From the human T2T-CHM13v2.0 reference genome, Homo sapiens: a stretch of 64,000 nucleotides of DNA. Below are positions 33,171 to 47,760 of the stretch, piece by piece. The DNA lies in the NCBI RefSeq assembly GCF_009914755.1, contig NC_060930.1. One strand, 5' to 3'. The notes below the pieces were generated by a model. The model did not search any database, had not been told where the DNA came from, and saw only the letters and a program-made list of their open reading frames with translations. A program made the translations under genes and the position numbers. How positions within the stretch are numbered: the stretch's first letter is position 1; the number at the start of each line of letters is the position of its first letter.

Positions 33171-36100
33171 CCATGCTATGTGATCAATGTGAGTTCCTGG
33201 TACAGAGCACCGGTACAGATGCAGAATGTGGAAGAGCCTTGCCTGTTTCAAATTACCACAAACCACCACAGTAGAAAAATGCAGCCCCTACTATTTATGC
33301 TTAGCTTTCTACACAATAAAACATGGCATGATAGATTTCAGAAGAAAAATAGAACTAGATCCAATTTTGAAAAAGAATCCCAAAACATAGATTAATTATG
33401 GTTTTCTACAAATTATAGTGCCAGTTTATGCACATGCTAGTGACACGAGTTTTATGTGAAAGTATCTAAAATCATTAAGATGAATCTGAACTTTGTCTTA
33501 TGATATTCTTATTCTTTATAGTTTTAAATATTGATTTAGACTCCACAACTTTGAACTACCTAATTGTTTTTAATGGTACAAAGCAATATTTACATTCATA
33601 CTGTCCAGGAAAGAAAGGCTTCTGGACAAGTTTATCTTGTTAATAAAATTGCATGTAGCATATTTAATTTTCATAAATCACATGCTGTTTTATGGAAGAA
33701 CTTATAATACTCTATAGAAGTCGAAGATGCTGAACTCAATTAAGTTTTAATAGATGTCATCAGCTGCCCCTGAAGACCTTCAACAATTTTTTTCTGACTC
33801 TTTTCCTTACTGGGCCAACCTGAAAAAGTAGGCTTAGTGCTATACTAATCCTCCCTGCAATTTGTCAGAATTAGGAAGCCTTGAATGTGCTTATAGTTAA
33901 ATGTATTTTAAATACATTCGAATTTGACTTTTTATTTCATGAATAGCTGCATTCAGGATGTTAATGTTGCCACATTAGTGGAGTCACATTCAGGATCTAC
34001 TCATTCACCTACCCTCCTCAACCTATTAATGAACCTGTTCACTATTATCAGCCAAGTGGTTTAATGGATTTCTTTCCACGAATTGATTGATTCTAAATAA
34101 ATCTTTCCCCTTTTTTGATTCTGTAACACTTAATGTCAGGGCTCCCAGAAACTAACAAACAGCCACAAAAATAACTTAGAAATACAAATTATTGATATTG
34201 TTAAACAATGTATGTATATACAATGATCTCACTGAAGCCAAATCTCCTCCAACAGTACTTGATTGGACCTGTGAGGGCTTATGAGGAATCAGATTTCACA
34301 CCCTCTTGGGGAGTTTTTCTCTTGAGCCTTTAAATTGGGTCTGTGTGGCACAATATAAAAGAAATATTCAGTTCATCCTTTTTTTTTTTTTTTGAAACAC
34401 AAATATTTTGGGTTTGTTATATAGGTAAATACTGAGTCAACAAATAATGCTTCTCTCAAAGAATTTTATCTTTCAAGTTAACTACTATTTGTCAAAATAT
34501 AACAAAACATTAAAATTTAATTTGTGAAAAAAATGAGGAAAAAAAAATTTAATTTGGGGTTCTTTTTGTATATAAAATTCCTCTGAAGGTACTTAACTAA
34601 ATATGTTTCTAATGAAATACTGGCAACAATGTCATGAAGTAGCAAAACCTTCCAGGCAGTCTGAGATTTTGTTTTCCAAGAAGCCTGAAATATAAATGGT
34701 TGGAATGTATCTTGCAATGAGGAATATCAATGGCATGCTTACATAAACAGACGGATAACTTTTCCAGTTTGCTAATATACTAGGTCCACAAGAGCACATG
34801 GACACAGTTCACATTATACCACATAATCTTATTCCCTGTGTGCTAAATTGAACACCCTGTGCTCTGCACTGAATTATCAACTCTTTCCCATTCATGATTA
34901 GTCTGAATACTTTCACCTAGCCACAGAACCACAGCTGCCAAAAATGCATGCAGGCACACCCTCATATTCTTAAAATGAATGTACTTAACAAATTTCAGAA
35001 GCTCCCTTGTTCAATGTCTCAAAATTTTCTGCTGTCAGTCCTCTGTTCAACCTTAAACTAAGCTTCTTCATGTAATTATTCAAGACTTAGAAGTAATAAT
35101 ATGCCTAAATTCCAAAAGATGGTTTGAAAGGAATCTTACTAGTTCATTTTTACATTAACCAGTGGGCATTTGCTTAAATGAGGGAGTTTCCATTTGAATG
35201 GAGGTTAATGTCTACGAAAACTAGGGAGAAGCATTTGGAGAGATAACTTTTATCCCTAAGGTTTTCACAATCCCACAACCTCATTTTTCCGAAGTCATTC
35301 TATACTACCTATTGGCTTTGGTTGGTTAATCCTTTTGTATAAGGCAGGTAATGCGGCCTTTCCTATCAAAGGTAATGAAACCATTAGTGATCAGATCTCT
35401 TGACTATCAGCACCAAGCCACAAGAGTGGCTGACACTTAGAGTCAAGTGTTAATGTCAAGCTGGCTGTGACAAGCAGAGGCTTCCTCAGTTCACTTTAGC
35501 TGAGGATACTTGTGGTTGAATTGGAAATATGACACCCCAGAGACCCACTAATGCATGTCTACTCAGCCCTTATCTCATTATCAATGTTGTTTCCTTACAT
35601 TCTGACATTAATTAATTACTTCCCCCAATTAGACAGCACTTTATGCCACACCACCTCAAACAACGCTGTCCAAGCTGCAACTGGGCACTGTTGGATCAAA
35701 AGTCCAAGTCTGATGCAATGCAGTTCCCCTATTGGAGCCTGGGGCTGAGAGTGGGCTGATTTCAGCAAGATGGAAAGCAGCCTGTGCTGAGAACCCTGCC
35801 TGGCAGAATCGGCACAGGTCACAATCTCTGAAGCATTACAACAGGTTTTATAATGTTGCATGCCCTGTATGACAGGATTTTTCACTCAAGTTTTGAGCTA
35901 TAACTCATTGGTTACTCTTAGGTTTTGTCCATCTGACTTCCAGCAAAGCTTCAAATATTGGTTTGGTTGATGAAGTCCCTACTTTGTTTTCTTATTCTGA
36001 CAACATGCATTTTCAGCATTAGTCTACTGAATTCTTCTAAATGTCACTAAGACTTGGATAAGCCCAGTTTTTCTTGTGCATAAAAAGAATTCTAGGTTGC

Positions 36101-37799
36101 GCAGGGGGCATTTTTAGCTAAACCCTCCCCAGAATCACAACCCCCCTAAAAAAAATAAACTAAAATACAAATTTATAATTCCCTTCCCACAAGTAGCAAA
36201 GTCAAGGGTCTTCATTAAAGATTATGGGAGTTATGCCCCCACTATGTCAGGGCACTTCTCAGAATAACTGCATTTCCTCAGTTTTCTCCATGGTTTCTAA
36301 GTAACAATGCTGCACAACTGGATACTGTACTAAGTTCACTCTCAGGGCTATTTGTTGCCCTCTGGAGCTGTGTGCACATGTAGAAGTTGGGTCCACCTTT
36401 ACTGCTGGAAAACACATTTATGTAATCAGCTCTTTCAATAAATGTCACATATTTTAGATAGAATTACAAAGAGAAAGAGTTGCAGAACTTTAACCCTTTA
36501 AGAAAAGTAGATTTTTTTTGTCTTCATTATTTAAAATGTAACCCTAGGACTTTGGTTAGCCATAAAAGAATCGGAATTTATAGGAAGACAGAAGAAACAA
36601 TGAGATAAAATGAGTGATGCCAGATGAAGAAAAAGAAGAAAGAAGCCAATTCTATAGCCTGACTCAATAGTCAGTTGAATGTTGCCAAATTAGAGAAGAT
36701 TATTCTCTTGGACTTCAGAACTTAAATAAAGAACTAAGCTTGAGTAGTCAAGTAAGACTAGATTTGATTCATTCTTGGAGATTTCTTTCCATTTGAGAAA
36801 ACCATAATTGAAATGCAATGTCACAATATGAAGTATTTTGCTACCCTTGACCTAAAAAGTATACTTTGTCCTTAGGCTTTTACTTTTTTCCAAATATGAA
36901 CATGTAACATGTATAAATATATACATCTAAAGATGGCTATATGCTCAACTGTATTTGTGATGTGTACACACAAAAAGAAATTCTAAAATCTTCAAACTCC
37001 AAATGTTAAAGGCATCATGTATATTATTCTGACTCTGTTAATACTAGCAATATTATCATTCCTAACTTAGAACTCCCAAAAAAAGTCAAGTAGGCAAGAA
37101 ATGTGTCCTGTCAATCTTAAGAGAGATTCAAGAAACATGTTGTAATTATAAAACAGGCTGCTTAGGAAATTATTACCCTGCATACACAAATAGCAGCATA
37201 AATTCTATGACTGTTAACAGAAGTATTCAGTATATATTTATAATATCACAGGCAGATTTCTCTTAAGTAAAGACTATCACAATTATCATTTCAGTAATTT
37301 TCCCCAAAGCTATTATATGCATTATAATCAAAAAAGGAAAAAAAATTCTGTACAAATTATGTATTCTGAATAGTAAGACAATTGATTAGCAAAAAAGATG
37401 CAATGGGTGAACTAGTAGAAAGAGTGAGGGAAGTTGTGCCAGTAAAGAGAGAGTTTGGACAAAAGAGAAGGAAGTTGTATGAGAGCAAATTTGCCATATA
37501 AATCAAGTCACTCAGTTCTTACACTTTATACAGTCCAAGATAAGTAGAAGCTTTTCATTCAATGACACTTTCACTATCTTCCATGGTGATAGTAGTAATA
37601 GTGTGAGATTTTGCAGGAAACTCCAAGGGTAGTTCTTATGATATGTTTTCTCGGAACTGTTTTGAGATAGGGGAGAGGGCCAAGCCTTTATAATCCCACA
37701 TTAGTCCTTGGATGTGGGTTACCTTGAAAGAGGTATGATTTGGCATAAAGAACTAAGTTCTATTTTTTCTTTTATTTGTTCTGCAAGCTAGGAAGCCTT

Positions 37800-37981
37800 A
37801 AATTCCCCCTTGGTGTCAGCCGCGGCCTCCACTAAAGCTGCCTCAGAGTTCAATTTCTTCCTCCTCACTACTTGCTTCTCTTCCCTTCGATGGGTGTTAC
37901 TCTCAAGGACGCACCTAATAAGCCTCCTAGACACTCATCTCCATCTCAGATTCTGTTTCTGGAGGAACCCAAGTTGAAGCA
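37800..37981 (+). mobile_element. LTR16-like ERVL LTR 3' fragment
   Basis: ctaataagcctcctagacactcatctccatctcagattctgtttctggaggaacccaa resembles the LTR16 3' end. Confidence 0.6.
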
Positions 37982-38132
37982 TCCTTGAATTCCAAATCCC
38001 ATGCTCTTCTAAGCTAATCATGCTAAGCATCTTGTGAAGTTTGTCCATAGCAGATTCAGAGCACTCAATCATACAGAACAGACAATTGGACATTTTTATG
38101 TCATCTCAGAGGAAAATCACATTTGCTTTAAC

Positions 38133-38184
38133 TTTTCTCATCCCCAATTATCTTTTTCTCATCCCCAATTATCTTTTTCTCATC
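38133..38184 (+). repeat. Perfect 21-bp tandem repeat, 2.5 copies (ttttctcatccccaattatct)
   Basis: Copies at 38133-38153 and 38154-38174, partial copy 38175-38184. Confidence 0.95.
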
Positions 38185-40760
38185 ATTGATTCTTAAAATC
38201 CCTTTAACAATGCAAAATCTTTCATTCTACCATCATAGATATTTTAATGAAAATGCAGTTAAAATCACTGCAGTGCATGATATTTAGTTCAAGGGGTAGG
38301 GACCCAGCTACTGGAAGGCTATGGGACCATGCTGAATAATAATTCAATCTCCCTGGTCATCACTAGCTGTGAGTTATATCTACACACTCAGCAGCCATTT
38401 TATACATAAGGGTAAGTGTTTCACAGAATTCCTACCTTAGCCCTGTCTTATATTTTAGCTCTCTGTACAAAGGTACAATACATCTTTTATTCATGAAGAT
38501 TCAGTTTTGCCTATCATTTAACATTAACATTTAACACCATAAAGTCATAAAGCTAGACAGATCTGCAGAGGTCATCAGATTGGATTTTGTCCTAATTATT
38601 AAAGAAAAACAATAAAATATTATCCTCCTTGTCCTTCTTACTCCACAAGAAATGGATGAAACCAGCTCCAAATTTGACCATGCTTCCTTGACCATTTTCT
38701 ACTCCAAATAGAACAAATTAATTACAATGAGAAACTGCAATGTATGGCATAAAAAAGGGAAAAGTTTAATATCCAGGGTTTATACATAAGCACGGATACA
38801 TGCACTTGATCATCCATGCACACATGTATACACACTCCTACTGATCCCTTATCACAGCCTCTCTGTTTTGTTGTTGTTGTTTACCAAACTATAATTTTGT
38901 AGCAGTCAGTGCAGAACAAATTATGCTGTGACAATAAACAACCCTTGCAACAGCAAAGCTAATTTTCATGCATACTACCCATCCATCAAATATCTATGCC
39001 ACACTATTTCATCCTGGTACCCAGACTCAAGGAACAGCCTGATCTATCTCCTTCTAGACGTTTAGCATATTGATATAGTGTGAAATCGAAGAAGGTTTTA
39101 ATTTTTATAATGTGTACTTGGCATAGGAAGCAAATAGACCATTTTTTGACTTAAAAACTGGAAAACAGAGCAGTAAAGACTTTCTCAGACATAATTTCCA
39201 TTATATGAAAAATAGATTTCTGTTTTCTAGGTTGAAGACTTTATTTTTGCTTTAAGGATATAGTCTAGGAAAATGTGCTGTCCACTTTGAAGTAAAGTAA
39301 AAGCAAAACTGCAATCCTTTGACCTATCAACTTGAGATCAAGGTAAAAGTGATTATTCAAGGCAACATCATGTGATAACTTACAAAACTTATTATTTGCC
39401 ATCTGTGTTCCTATTTTCTCCAAGTTTGGCTGCCAAATCAGTTTTAAATTTTCTATGGCCTCACACCCACTGAGAAAAGTGCCTCAGCCTAAGGGTCTTA
39501 GCTGTAGTCAATGACGGCTCTAAAAACAAAGCAAAACAAAATAAAAACTTTGAGAATTCCAGTTCAATAATAGCTCCTAGTATTTCCTTGATGTTCTCAC
39601 TTCTGCTGAAAATTTTGCCTGTCTTAATTTTGGATTGGGGATTTAAAAAACAAATAAACAACCTGTCTCCTGGTTCTGGGCTATGTATTTTACTTGTCCT
39701 TACCTTAAATGGTTGGCTGATTTAGGCTCCTACCTTCAAGCCCTTTTTAGGACACAGCATTGGAGGAACCTCTGTCTTAAACTCTATTTTCTCAGCAAGC
39801 AACCTGAGGTAGCAACACCGGAGTGTGAGTTATTGTAGAGTCACAGAAAAAAGAGACTGACATAAAATAAATAAACAAAGACCAAATAGAAAAGCAGCCA
39901 AGAAAGAAGTAAGAAGAATAAATAGCTTGAATAGGCATTTTATAAAAATACCTAAATGATAAGGAGCTTGTTTTAACGGAGAAATTGAAACCCAAAGCAA
40001 ATTTTCATTATTATGAGGAAGTTTACTTGTTCCAGATGCCAAAGGATCACACTGTGACTTTAGGGGGAAAAGTGACACATAAGTAAGCACTCTCTTTTCA
40101 TTGTTTGGGTTGCCTCATACATAAAGTTAGGGAAGATCACATCTTGAACCAAGAATTACAAATTACCAAGACTACTGCCCCCATTCTTGGCATACCATAT
40201 GCCTAAGGTGGCTGTAATTAGTCACTTCTTTGGATCAAGATACTTGGGCCCTTTGGTCAGCTGTTAATATGATTATATTGGGTTTTTTTATGTAATAACT
40301 TAGCTATTTTTTTTCTACTATCTATCAAGTTCTTGAGACAAAAAAAAGAGAAAGTTTCCTAGAAAATGAGAAAGAAATGTTTAGGCTCTGCAGTAGCACT
40401 AAGGGGTACCCTCAGACAGCTTAAACTCCACTGCCCAACCTCTCCCAAAGTCAACTCTAATACATGTTTAATCTAAAGAAAATGGTGTGTCTGTTCTTAA
40501 TGCAGCTTCCCTGCAAATCTCGCAGACCTTCCCTTCCAATCAGATTGCCATCCTAGTTTCCTTATACAAAGTCTAGGATAGCAGAACACAGGCCTCTCCC
40601 CATCATGAGCATAGCCAGAGAGAGCCCCACCTATGGAAACTCTGGAGCGCAGGTGGGTAGCATCTGAAATCTGAGGAACTGACTTAATGAAACTGGGGAA
40701 ACACCTATGAAGTGGGGAAGGGAACCTGGTCAGTTCATGGTGGTGTCAAAATATGTTAAA

Positions 40761-41061
40761 GGCTGGATGCAGTGGCTCCTGTTCATAATCCCAGCACATT
40801 AGGAGGCCTAGGTGAGAAGATCACTTGAGCCCAGGAATTCGAGACCAGCCTGGGCAACATGGTGAGACCCTGTTTGCACTAAAAATAAAAAAAAAAAAAT
40901 AGCAGGGCATGGTGGCACATGCTTGTAGTCCCAACTACTCAAGAGGCTGAGGTAGGAAGACCACTTGAGCCTGGGAAATCGAGACTGCAGTGAGCCATAA
41001 TTGCACCACTGCACTCCAGCCTGGGCAGCAGAGAAAGATCCTGTCTAAAAAGAAAAAAAAA
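40761..41061 (+). mobile_element. AluJ
   Basis: GATCACTTGAGCCCAGGAATTCGAG and GAGACTGCAGTGAGCCATAATTG are J-type. Confidence 0.92.
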
Positions 41062-42594
41062 GTTTAAGTGTGGTTCACAAAAACACAAAACCAAGAACAA
41101 GTAACAAGAAATCAGAAGTAGCTATTGGTGCACAGAATCAGTTGTTTGCATTGGCCAGCAGCAACAGGAAACTCAGTAGCACCATGACCCTGGGAGGTAG
41201 GTGCACTCAGCCAGAACTTGGAAGTTCAGAGAACAGGATTAAACTCCCTGGAAAGATGATTGTAAGAATTAATCAAGGCACCAGGGCTTCAGTCAAGAAG
41301 GCAAACTGCAATCTGTTCTATAGAAAAACTAGCCTATGAAACAAGGAAGCTACATGAATGTCTGACTGGGCCAACAACCAGGGGAGGCTTTGGTTCAGCA
41401 AGGTTATGCCCAACACAATGTAACTCAATTCCCCCCAAAAAGACAAGCTGCCATGCAAGGAAACTCTTGACTTAGGACCCAGACTGTGTTTAGACCTGAA
41501 TATAAGCCCAACAATACTTGTCCTTGGGAAACTGAGGAAGAAAAGGCAAGAAAATCGGCTGGATACTTTTTTAAATAATCTATATTTTATGATTCATGTT
41601 CTGAGAAAGCTCTCATGCTGAAATTTACATAGTTACAAATATTAAAAATGGTTGGCAAATACTATTTTTGTTTTGCTAGGTTCTCAGAAAGAAAATACAA
41701 AGGGTAGCATATCTTTTGTGAGACATTTATCTTAGAACAAGCAGTTACCTTATTTCCTGGCCCCTTTGAAAGCATTACACAGTAATCTGACAATATATTA
41801 ACATTCACATTTGAACCACTGACTACATTCACAAGAAACAAACATTTCTACTTTCTTGATGTTATTCATCTGATGTTTACAATTTGACATGTAGTTCTTC
41901 ATTCATATCAGCTGTCTATATATATATTATATATATTTATATATAATATATATATATCATTATAAATATTTAAACCAAACCATACTTGAACATCTCAATA
42001 AACTTCCCTATTATTGTGACTGTATATGCAGAAGCTCTTGAAAACATGATCCGTCCACTGTGGATAAGAGAAAGACCTCTCAACGAATGAAAACAAAGCT
42101 GTCAGTCGGGGAGGAAGAGGGTGACCAAAGAAAAGTTGAAGGGGACTCTGTGTAAAACATATCTTTGTTTTTCCATTTAAGAGTCACATTTAATGAAGAA
42201 AACTTTATACACAAATATGTGAAGTCTCTTTCAGATGATACTTTGCCTCTCTTATGGCTTAAAGATACTAATGTGGAGGAAATGCCTTGTGTCTCATGTT
42301 CCATCCTGGCTTGTGTGAAATTTTATTGGCTTTCCAAGAAAAAAAAAACAGGTCAAATATAGTTTCCATCTATTACGTTCACAGAGCTACTAATAAACTT
42401 GAGCCTCATTTCATGCTGATAGCTGCATAGTGTCAGCAAAATTCCTTGGAAACACATAGACTTATGATCCTCAAATAAAGAGATAGTCAAACCATAAAGG
42501 GATTCCAGCATTCAAGAGGATTCAACTGTCTATGTCCAGACCCACTAGATGTCACTGTGTGCGTGAGTACATTTGCATAAGACTGACACATGTT

Positions 42595-42876
42595 GAAGAG
42601 GAGAGGAAACCACTGTGGGACAGAATGTCAGGTAACAGAGGTTGAGATTGATGTACATATTTACAAGCCAGGGAACACCAAGGATTACCAGCAATACCAG
42701 AAGCTAAGAGAAAGACATGGAACAGATTCTCCTCTACAGCCTTCAGAGAAAGCATGGCCCTGCAGAAAACTTGGTTTGGACTTATAGCCTCCAGAACTGT
42801 GAAATAATAAATTTACACTGTTTTAAGGCACCTCCTTTGCAGTACTTGATTACAACAGCCCTAGGAAACCAACACA
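42595..42876 (+). mobile_element. MaLR LTR 3' part (MLT1B/C/D-like)
   Basis: acaagccagggaacaccaagg...gcctccagaactgtgaaataataaattt...acagccctaggaaaccaacaca. Confidence 0.85.
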
Positions 42877-44224
42877 ACCCAGCCAGTTCTAGCCCAGGTT
42901 GCCTGACTAGCAATGCCCCTAAACCAGTCATTTCTCACCACAAACTGCCTGTTCAACAAAGTCTAAATGTCTTCGATGTCTGGATTACTGATAAATGCTC
43001 TTTTCAACAGCTACTACTAATTTTTCCCAAGCAGTTTCAGTTACTTTTTCCACTTCTGGCTCACTCCAAAGAATTCCAGAGGTTTATGAAATGTTTGGAA
43101 AACCAGAGGTTTCTTTTTTCAAAAGGAAAAAGAACTCTCTCATCTTAAACATCTCTCCCAGAATGACCTTAAAAAGCTTGAAATTATAGGCTATCATGGA
43201 TAGCTGAAAAGCTCATATTTGAAGACTTGTTTGGGGATTTTCCCTTCTGGAGAGCGTGCTGGGAAAAGAGACAAGAGACATTCCTACATTAGGTTGGCTC
43301 TCAACTGTCCTTCAGGTCACTTCAGAAACAACAGTAAGTGGCATTCTCTACAGAGTATTAAAGAAGTATGAAATGTTGTATCAATTAAAACCACTGGCCT
43401 AGTCGTTTTTGACCCACAGTATAGACCAGAGCTCTTTCCATACACATGTGATCTGAGTCAACTCCTTTATTCTCTCTGGATACATTTCATTATTACATAA
43501 GATGTTGAAATGACTCTTCAAAACATTCCTTGCGCCAGTAAAATCTGATTGATTCACACATTCCTTGGTCAAATTTTTTACCTTCATGTCTTCTAACTTA
43601 GAATGTTAAACATGTATTTTCTCCAGGATTAGTGAATATATTTTATTCAATAGCTTGGTTGACTCTTTAGGCTTCTATTACTTGTCCGTCTTTATTCAGC
43701 TTTATTTCTTTGTGATGTGTGCCTGTGGCTTTATCTCCTAGTCATTTTCAGTATGAATGGAAATCCTGTTTACATAGCCCTTGAATCTCTAGAGACTGAA
43801 TGAAAGATATGGGATATGGTTGCAATCCTGGCCCCCCTCTCTACTCAAATGGGTAACTCAGGGGAGGCATTACCTGAAAGAAGTCGAATGTGAAGTGGAG
43901 CCAAGAGCAATGAGAAACTCACACCAAAGCTGCTCTCCAACATGCAGAATTGTGGGTGAACTTCTTAGAAAGCCAGGGAATTTGGAAGGAAAGATGTCTG
44001 TGTAGTAACATTAACAACCCTGGTAGTAAAGTAATTGAGTGAGCATACATACCACTTCACTGTCACAGACTGTGCTTAAACTTTCATCTACATTAACCTG
44101 TTTAGTCTGGAAAAATCTAAGAGCCCGACTGGGATACAGCAATCTACTGCCAAAAATTTCAGGCACTAAAAAGCCAAAAATGATTTCCTAGGAACTAGAA
44201 TTCTTTCTTTTCTATTGTGTAGGA

Positions 44225-44387
44225 TTGCACTTACCAATATTATAGCCGCTAGTCACATGTGGCTATTAAAATTTTAATTTAATTAATATTAAATAAAATT
44301 TAAAAATTTATTTCTTTAGTCTTAGTAGCCAAATTTTATGTGGCCATTGCCCCTTATATCCAGTGGATACCATATTGAACAGCACAG
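44225..44387 (-). mobile_element. MER3 (hAT-Charlie)
   Basis: tagccgctagtcacatgtggctattaaaatttt...gtggataccatattgaacagcacag. Confidence 0.75.
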
Positions 44388-46293
44388 CTGTAGGCTTCCT
44401 TTAGAAGACGCAATAGATCCAACAATGGATTCATGAGGGGTTTGCAGCTTTGCATCATCATGGATAGCATTCCTTCCCTTCAAAAAAACAATTAAGTTTA
44501 TAATTCACAATGGTATAATAGTGCATGTATTACATTTCTAACTGAAAAATATAAAAACAATTTTGTTTATCAGAATGTTCAGTTTAAACATGGTTTTGCT
44601 AATACTTTTCTATGCTCTTAGAAACTGAGTGTCCAAGATCATTTTAAAAACATCTGGTCTTGGCATTTCACCACATAATGAACTTCATTTTGCTTTCTTT
44701 CTGTTGAAATATATAGTTGATTTTGTTTTTAAACGTAAGATATTCTGAAAATAAAGTACTGTGAAATTAATACTTTCAAGAAAACTCTTCTCCAGATGTT
44801 TGTGATTTGGAACCTGTTTGAATTTAAAATACAAGGGATTTTTTTTTTAATCCAAACACACATGTGGCAGTAAAAAAGCTATGAAAAATTTTATGGCTAT
44901 TATAAAGTAAAACAATACTTATATTTACATACTTAGTGTCATGCTCTGCACCATCACAATTTGAGCTGACTACATGCTTTGCTTTATGCTGCACCATATT
45001 TTGAACCTTATAATAGTGTCATACTAACAATATTCGGATGGCAAAGACATCCTCAAGTCAATTTCAAGACTAATAAAAGCAATTCCACTTCTGGGTTGTT
45101 GTTTGTATTTGTTAAAATTCTATTTTAAATAAGCCAATTCTCCATATAGATTTGACTTATAAATATGGGTAGAGAGGTTATGGTTGTCAAAAGTAAAGAC
45201 AGGAATACCAATGATTTGTGGTTGCCTTTATTTTAACCATGTGATTTTCTATAAATAAAACTAATCCAGACATCCCCCTTTCCTAGTATATGTTCCATCC
45301 AAGAGTATGGATGACTCGGAGAAGCTGATTACCTTTCTGGTAGAATGCATACACTCTCTAAACACTGAGTCAGTAGCTTCTTTTTATTTCATGAAGTAAC
45401 ATATTTTTAATCTGAGTCGCTTAGAGGTGGATGATCCTCAAAATAGACTAAAAATAGACTAAAAATCCATACAAGCATGTTGCCATGCTCGTGTTTCTTC
45501 TCAAAGACACATGCTCTGCAAAAACAACCTCATTCTCAATAAGTGTTTAATGAGTGTCCACAGAGAGCTGGATCACTCTTGCATAAAGATGATGTGGACC
45601 ACCAGCGTTACATGTATATTTAGACATAACTGAAAAGACTGATACAGGACAAGCAGCATAGAGTCATGAGTGAAACTCAATTCTTTTATAACTCAACAAA
45701 TATTAAATAAGCAAGTACTGTAGTGGGGCATATGCTACATGTGAGGTTCGGGGGCTGGAAGGGGGAAAGTGAGAGGTAAAGATTAAGGAGATAAAAAGAA
45801 AATATTAATTTTTATTACGTGTATCTAAGTCAGTATAAATTTTTAAATGTGAATTGCTCTCCCTGCTGAACATGGAAAAATGAGTACTACTATCTAGTAA
45901 ACAAATGTCATTGATCTAAACTCGTTTTAGATGTTCCGTGTAACTTTTTATCAAAATGTTAAAGAGAGGTGGCTGAGATGTAGTCTGCAAAGAAAGCACC
46001 AATATGTCAAGTAAATAGAAAATCCACATCGTATTTATGTGGTTTTTCTGTAAGTTGCCATGTATGGAAGGCATTCTCAGCCCTTTCACTGAGCCAATGT
46101 TCATAGTGGTTAGCTAGCTACGTGGTTACTGTCTGGTTAAAATGCACTGCTTAAAGTGTTACCTACATATAGGAAGATTTAACATACAGAAAAGGCTCTC
46201 TACAGATAGAAATATGCAATATAATGCTTTTGCTTTCATCTAAAATACTGTCAAAATATGAAACACTAAATTACCTTAAAAATAATATTAAGA

Positions 46294-46667
<374 letters not shown>

Positions 46668-46691
46668 TTAAATGTGTATCTTACACTTTAA

Positions 46692-46835
46692 AGTTGTGCT
46701 TCTCAAATGTTAGTGTGCATGTTAAAATGCAGATTCTGAGTCAATTAGATCTGAGACGTGGCCTGAAATCCTGCATGTCTATCATGTTTTCAGATGATGC
46801 AAATACTCCTGTTCCTCCTCACTTTGAACGGCACT
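46692..46835. mobile_element. MER5-family fragment
   Basis: gttaaaatgcagattctgagtcaattagatctgag...ggcctgaaatcctgcat. Confidence 0.6.
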
Positions 46836-47121
46836 AATCTGAAGAGTATTTGTATGAGCAACAATGCAAGCAAGATCTTTTCCTTGAAGACTTTAAGGCA
46901 GAGTAACTAATTTGGGTGGGGAGAGGAAATGGTGCGCTTCACAGTTAATTTTAAAATTAAGATCTCAGATTATCTGCATGGGTGGAGAAGAAAGTTGCCC
47001 ATGTTTGTGATTTAGGGAGCATTAGAAGTGCATATGCAAACCCTCCCAAGAAAGGAGAAGCAAATGTGCCAATCATAGAGGATGGTGTATCATCATCAGA
47101 AATTGTGTTATTTGGTTTAAA

Positions 47122-47288
47122 ACAGTGTTCCCAAACTTGCCTGGAAATAATAATTCACCTGAGGTAGTTATGAAAAATATAGATTCCCAGAGCCCATTCC
47201 AAACCAACAAAACCAAAATCTCCAAGGATGGAGTCTGGAGATTTAACAGTCTTGGATACTTCTTACCACCAGGCAAGTTTGGGAAACA
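47122..47288. mobile_element. MER5-family element
   Basis: cagtgttcccaaacttgcctg...caggcaagtttgggaaaca inverted termini. Confidence 0.65.
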
Positions 47289-47544
47289 AACAAACAAACT
47301 TCTTCCAGTGTTTTATTTAAAATGAAAATGCTACTGGGAAAAGTTATCTAGTAAACTAGCATCGGTCATATTTATCCAAATGTGTTTCTTGTGCCAACTA
47401 AGATTGGGATTGATGGGAAAGAAATTTGGATAAGGACATAAATGAGGTAATTTTGAAGGGAAAAATTAGACTGGGTAAGGCATAACAGGAAAGGACTCCT
47501 AATCAATCAAATCAGGACAAGTGAAGAAAGAGAAAATGAAAATA

Positions 47545-47760
47545 ATAACTTTCATTTGCCAAGAGCATACCTTGTGACACTAAGACTCACATGCAATAAT
47601 GCCTCTGTCCCTCTCAAACATATTACAAGAGGGTAGTTTCTACTTTTAGCTTTACTGTAAAGATAAGGAATCTGAGGCAAACCAGCTGGAAGGTAGGAAA
47701 GCCAGTATTCAAACCCAGGTAATCTGGCTCCATAGCCCCACACTTTTAACCACCATGCTA
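47545..47760 (-). mobile_element. MIR
   Basis: gtattcaaacccaggtaatctggctccatagcccccacacttttaaccaccatgct. Confidence 0.7.

Noticed and set aside
36095-36112. CTCF-like cagggggca
   Set aside because: The 5' half of the motif (CCRSY) is mismatched.
40530-40660. CCAAT + TATA-like + ATG + CAG|GTGGGT as a promoter/first exon
   Set aside because: TATA match is poor, there is no CpG island, and the motifs are individually common.
45440-45466. 11-bp duplication aaaatagacta (also the imperfect duplication at 40-85)
   Set aside because: Ordinary slippage events with no further structure.
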